From: Camelus ferus | Taxonomy: Eukaryota | Reading direction: 5' to 3' | NCBI RefSeq assembly: GCF_009834535.1 | Contig: NC_045696.1 | Coordinates: 90,150,001 to 90,214,000 of the forward strand | DNA: 64,000 nucleotides | Shown here: piece by piece, positions 59,860-64,000 of the stretch | Numbering within the stretch: position 1 is the first letter of the stretch | How the letters are laid out: each line of letters opens with the position of its first letter | Program-made: the position numbers and the translations under genes | The notes under the pieces: model-generated | What the model saw: the letters and a program-made list of their open reading frames with translations, nothing else | Database searches by the model: none | Told to the model about the DNA's origin: nothing

Positions 59860-62565
59860 CAAATTGTTTCAGAGAATACAAAAAGAAAATAGAAAAGAGG
59901 TTAGCATAACCTCTACATAAACATTACAAAAACATCAAAAGGGGGAAAACTACTGGCCAATCTGCCATGAAAATACACACCAGTAAAGTAGCAATATAGA
60001 AATAAGTGTTTTAAAATGACGTATAATAATCAATTAGAATTTATCCTAGGAATGCAAGATTAGTTTAACATTTGAAACTAAAATATAACTTGAAAATTAT
60101 AATTTATCACATTAACTAATATAGGGGGAAAAATCATATGAACATCTTAATAGATACAGAAAAAGTATTTGATAAAATTCAATGCTCATTAACAATTTAA
60201 AAATAATTCTTAGCATACTAGGCATAGAAGGAACCATGTTTGATCTGGTAAGAGTATCCATAAAAATCCCATAGCTAGTACCATAATTAACTGCAACATG
60301 TAAATGCCTTCTTGAAAACACAGAGATGTTCTGAGTCATCACTTACAATCAACCTTGTAGCACTGCAAGTCCTAGCCAGTACAGTAAGACAAGAAAATGA
60401 ATAAATGCTATAAATTTTGGAAATCAAGATAAAGAACTCTATAGTTAGCACATGACATTATATGTAGAAACTCCAAAAGAATCTCAGATAAACTATTATA
60501 GTAAATAAATGCATTTATAAGATCACTGGACAAAAAGTAAATATACAAAAACCAATTTTATTTCTATACACAAGCAACAAACAATTGGAAAAATAATTTT
60601 TAAAAAATATTCTTTACAATAGTGTCAAAAATCACCAACTAGCTAAGTAGAATGAAAGACATGCAAGGAGTCTACACAGAAAACTATAAAGCAATATTAA
60701 GATATATTAAAGAAAACCTAAATAAAAAAAGCAAGGATTGGCAAACTGCAACCTGCAGCCTGCTTTTTTACTGCCCATAAACTAAGAAGAGTTTTTCCAT
60801 TTTTAAAAGATTGTAAATCTAAAAGGAAGAAGACTAAGAATATGTGACAGAGACTGTATGTGGCCCAGAAAGCCTAAAATATTTAATGACTCTTTACAGA
60901 AAACAGGTTGCTAACCCTAGAATTAGAGAAATATATCCTTTTCAATGATTAGAGCTCAGTATTATAAAGATGTCAGTTACCTTCAAATTAATCTATACTC
61001 AGTAACTCCAAATTTAACTCCTAATAGGTATTTTCTTTGGAAATTCACAAGCTGATTCAAAACTTATTAAAATGTAAAAAGCCAAGTACAACTACGACTC
61101 TTAAAAAGAATAACAAACTGGGAGGTTTTATACTACTAGATATCAAAATTGATTACAAAGTTATAGTAATAAAAACAAAATAGTATTAAACAAATAGAAC
61201 AGACTACAAAGTGCAGGAACTGAACCACACATATACAATCACCTCATTTTCAATAAAAGTGAGAACGCATGATCTTTTCAATAAATGGTGCCAGATCAAT
61301 TAGATACCCATATGGGAAAAAAACAACCTTGACTTCTATTTCACATAGACATATAAATCAATTCTAAATGGATTATAGGCCTAAAGATAAAAGGTAAAAA
61401 ATAACTTCTAGAATAACATATGATAATATCTTCATGACCTTGGGGCAAGCAAAGATTTCTTCAACAAAATATAAAAAGCTCTTACCATAAGATTTTTTTC
61501 AACAAAATATAAAAAGCTCTTACCATAAAGGGAAAGACAGATAAACTAACTTGATAAAAATTAAGAACTTACATTCAATCAAAAGACACGATTAAGATAC
61601 AGAAAACAAATCACAGTCTCAGAGATCTTTGAACTACATATATCTGACAAGAATTCATATCCAGATTCTGTAAAACATCGTTATAAATTAATAATAAAAA
61701 GATAGCTAAATCCAATAAAATGAGGGGCAAAAGACGTAAAAAGACACTACACAGAAAATGACATCTGAATGGCAAATTAACACGTTAAAGGGTGTTCAAC
61801 ATCATTAGTTATTAGAGAAATGCAAATTTTAAAATACTGCAATCTCTCTCTTTCTGTTTACCAGAAAGTCTAAAAAAATTTTTTTAAATAGTAAGTATTG
61901 GCAAAGATATGGAGTAACTGAAACCCTTGCACACTGCCAGTATGAGTGTAAACTGGTGCAACCACTTTGGAAAACTAAGAGTATCTGCTGATACTAAGTA
62001 AGCACATACTCTATGATCTAACAGTTCTACTCTTAACCTTGTACCTAACACAGACACATATATATGTGCAACCAAAGACATGCTCAAAAATATTCACAAA
62101 GTATTATTTATAATTTCAAAACACTGAAGTAATTCAAATGTCTATCAGCAATAGTATGGAAAAGTATTAACAATGTATGTAGAAGTATATTCATAGAATG
62201 GAATACTGTGCAGCAAAAAGAATGAATAAACTATAACTATGTACCACAGCATGGATGAAACTCATAGTCATAAAGTTGGGTCAAAAAAGCCAGACACAAA
62301 AGAATACATGCATATCAAGTTCAAAAACAAGCAAAACTAATCTGTGGTGACAGAAGTCATAATGGAGGTCATTCGGGGGATCAGTGACTGGGAAAATGCA
62401 TGATGGAGGCTCCTGGGTTGCTGGTAACATCCTACTTCTTGATTTGAGTGGTAGTTATATGACTATGTTCCTTCTATAAAAATTCATTCACTTCTAACTT
62501 ATGGGCTTTTCTGCATGCATGTTAAATTTCAATAAAAATTACAAAAAAAAAAAAAGAAAGAAAAT
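59860..62565 (+). mobile_element. Old L1 (L1ME-like) ORF2 plus 3'UTR, degenerate
   Basis: TTTATCCTAGGAATGCAAG...ATAGATACAGAAAAAGTATTTGATAAAATTCAA (RT region)...TTCAATAAATGGTGC...TTCAATAAAA and A-tail. Confidence 0.9.
60732..60920. mobile_element. hAT-Charlie MITE (MER58C-like) inside the L1
   Basis: GGATTGGCAAACT...CTAAGAAGAGTTTTTCCATTTTTAAA...GACAGAGACTGTATGTGGCCCAGAAAGCCTAAAATATTTA...TTGCTAACCCT. Confidence 0.8.
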
Positions 62566-62666
62566 TATTCTATGTACCTGAAACATTTACCAAAAGAAAA
62601 ACTTTAAGAGGAGAATTGATTCTATTTGGCCATGTATCTGCTCTGGGCACAATAGTTCCGGGCATG

Positions 62667-63129
62667 GGTACTGGGTTGAATAGTGTTTCCCAGGTCATGC
62701 CCATCCAGAACCTCAGAATGAGATCTTGTTTGAAAATACAGTCTTTGTAGACTTGGGTTAAGATGAGGTCATACTGGATCAGGGTGGGCCCTAATCCAAT
62801 TACAGGTGTCCTTATAAGAAGAGGGAAACTTGGACAGAGATACAGAGAAAAGAATGCCATGTGAAAGCAGAGAAAACGTCATGACAGGCAGAGGCTGGAA
62901 TGATGCAGCCACAACACAAGGAAACCCAAGGACTGCTGAAAAACAGCAGAAGCCAGAAGTATCAAGGAAAATTCTTTCTCTGACAAGAAAGCCTTGTTAA
63001 AGAACACGGCCCTGCTGACACCTTGATTTCAGACTTCTAACCTCCAGAACTACAAAGGAATAAATTTCCACTGTTTTAAGCTGCCCAGTTTGTAATAGTT
63101 TGTTACAGCAGCCCTAGGAAACTGATACA
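62667..63129 (+). mobile_element. MaLR solo LTR (MLT1C-like)
   Basis: GGGTTGAATAGTG...GTTAAGATGAGGTCATACTGGATCAGGGTGGGCCCTAATCCAAT...CCTGCTGACACCTTGATTTCAGACTTC...TTGTTACAGCAGCCCTAGGAAACTGATACA. Confidence 0.92.
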
Positions 63130-64000
63130 GCAGGTACAGAAAAAAACCCATTTTAAAAACAAGCACTCAGAAGGTTGAAAAGGGGAAGCACAGAGAGCGA
63201 GCGAGCTTGGCTGGAACCAGGAGGAAAGCCTGACCCCTCAATTTCAACCACTTGGATTGTGTTTGGTGCTCTAAAGAGGACCCATTGATTTTATAATACT
63301 GCTAAGTCCTATTCCAAGGCCCAGATATGAATAAATAGGCTCGTTAGGGGACAACACACACAGAAAATAGAAAACAGATTTCTTAGAAAAGAGAAATAAA
63401 CCAAGTTGGGACACTTTTTAAGACAAAGAGCTTGGTCTGGTACACCTGTAAATTAAAGATGAAGTGTTTTGCTTACAAAATACCACTCTGCCATGAAGAG
63501 AGAAATGTTTTTACATATTAAAAGTAACAGCTGTGTTATTTAACGCAACAGAAAGAATACATGCAAAACACCATCTCAGGAAACCCTAAGAAAGACTGGC
63601 TGTAAAGGGTAAACTTGTCAGAGAAGGAGTGTAATAATCTGGGTAATTCACTGAAGTGTTCTTCTGTGGTGGGGGAGGGAGGGACATGACTCCCTACACA
63701 AGCAATCCCCCCAAAATGTCCAATCCTAGCACTGATCATAAATATGCTAAAAGAATGGATCTAATCTACGTCTTCAGCATCAGACATTTACTGCCCCTAC
63801 TGAAAGAGGGTGAGGGAGAGGTTGCAGTGAGTGAAGGGGTGAGGATCTGGATTTCTCCTATTGATTCCTCACTGTCACACAGGTTGTGCTTGTCTGAAAT
63901 TAACCACCCTAACGTTCTATAGGAGCAATGGCAGTCAAAGCTCATGTTCCCCGAGGTTGAACCGCAACCACCAGATCATGCAATCTTTGCTATAAAGTCG

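Noticed and set aside
1..64000. CRISPR array, operon, defence system, rRNA, snoRNA or a named host gene
   Set aside because: Mammalian repeat-rich DNA with no regularly spaced repeat-spacer array, no gene-dense ORFs, no convincing RNA-gene boxes and no exon matching a protein I recognise.

Overview
This is mammalian nuclear DNA, not microbial sequence. It is very probably camelid (alpaca, llama or camel): it carries two tRNA-Ala-derived Vic-1/SINE_Vpa-type SINEs and young camelid-type L1 tails, and I saw no Alu, Bov-tA, PRE1 or SINEC. A large part of the window is decayed interspersed repeats: L1 (about 11-12 kb, strongly biased to the + strand), L2, MIR, MaLR/ERV solo LTRs, hAT-Charlie/Tip100 MITEs and microsatellites. 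These are interleaved with TE-free islands that look like conserved non-coding or enhancer elements. I could not recognise any host protein-coding exon, and the ORF track is explained by L1 ORF2 remnants, simple repeats or chance. The L1 strand bias and several minus-strand splice-site pairs (best: a 26-nt microexon at 5485-5510) suggest the window lies inside large intron(s) of an unidentified gene transcribed on the minus strand. I found no convincing new biological system. The most notable observations are a SINE insertion whose target-site duplication encloses an extra ~90 bp repeat-structured tail, a perfect Maf-recognition palindrome inside a MER5A, three hairpins (one formed by tail-to-tail MIR/L2), a 195-nt pure-purine tract and a set of candidate exons. 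TE boundaries are approximate (tens of bp), and subfamily names come from remembered consensus sequences, not from a search.
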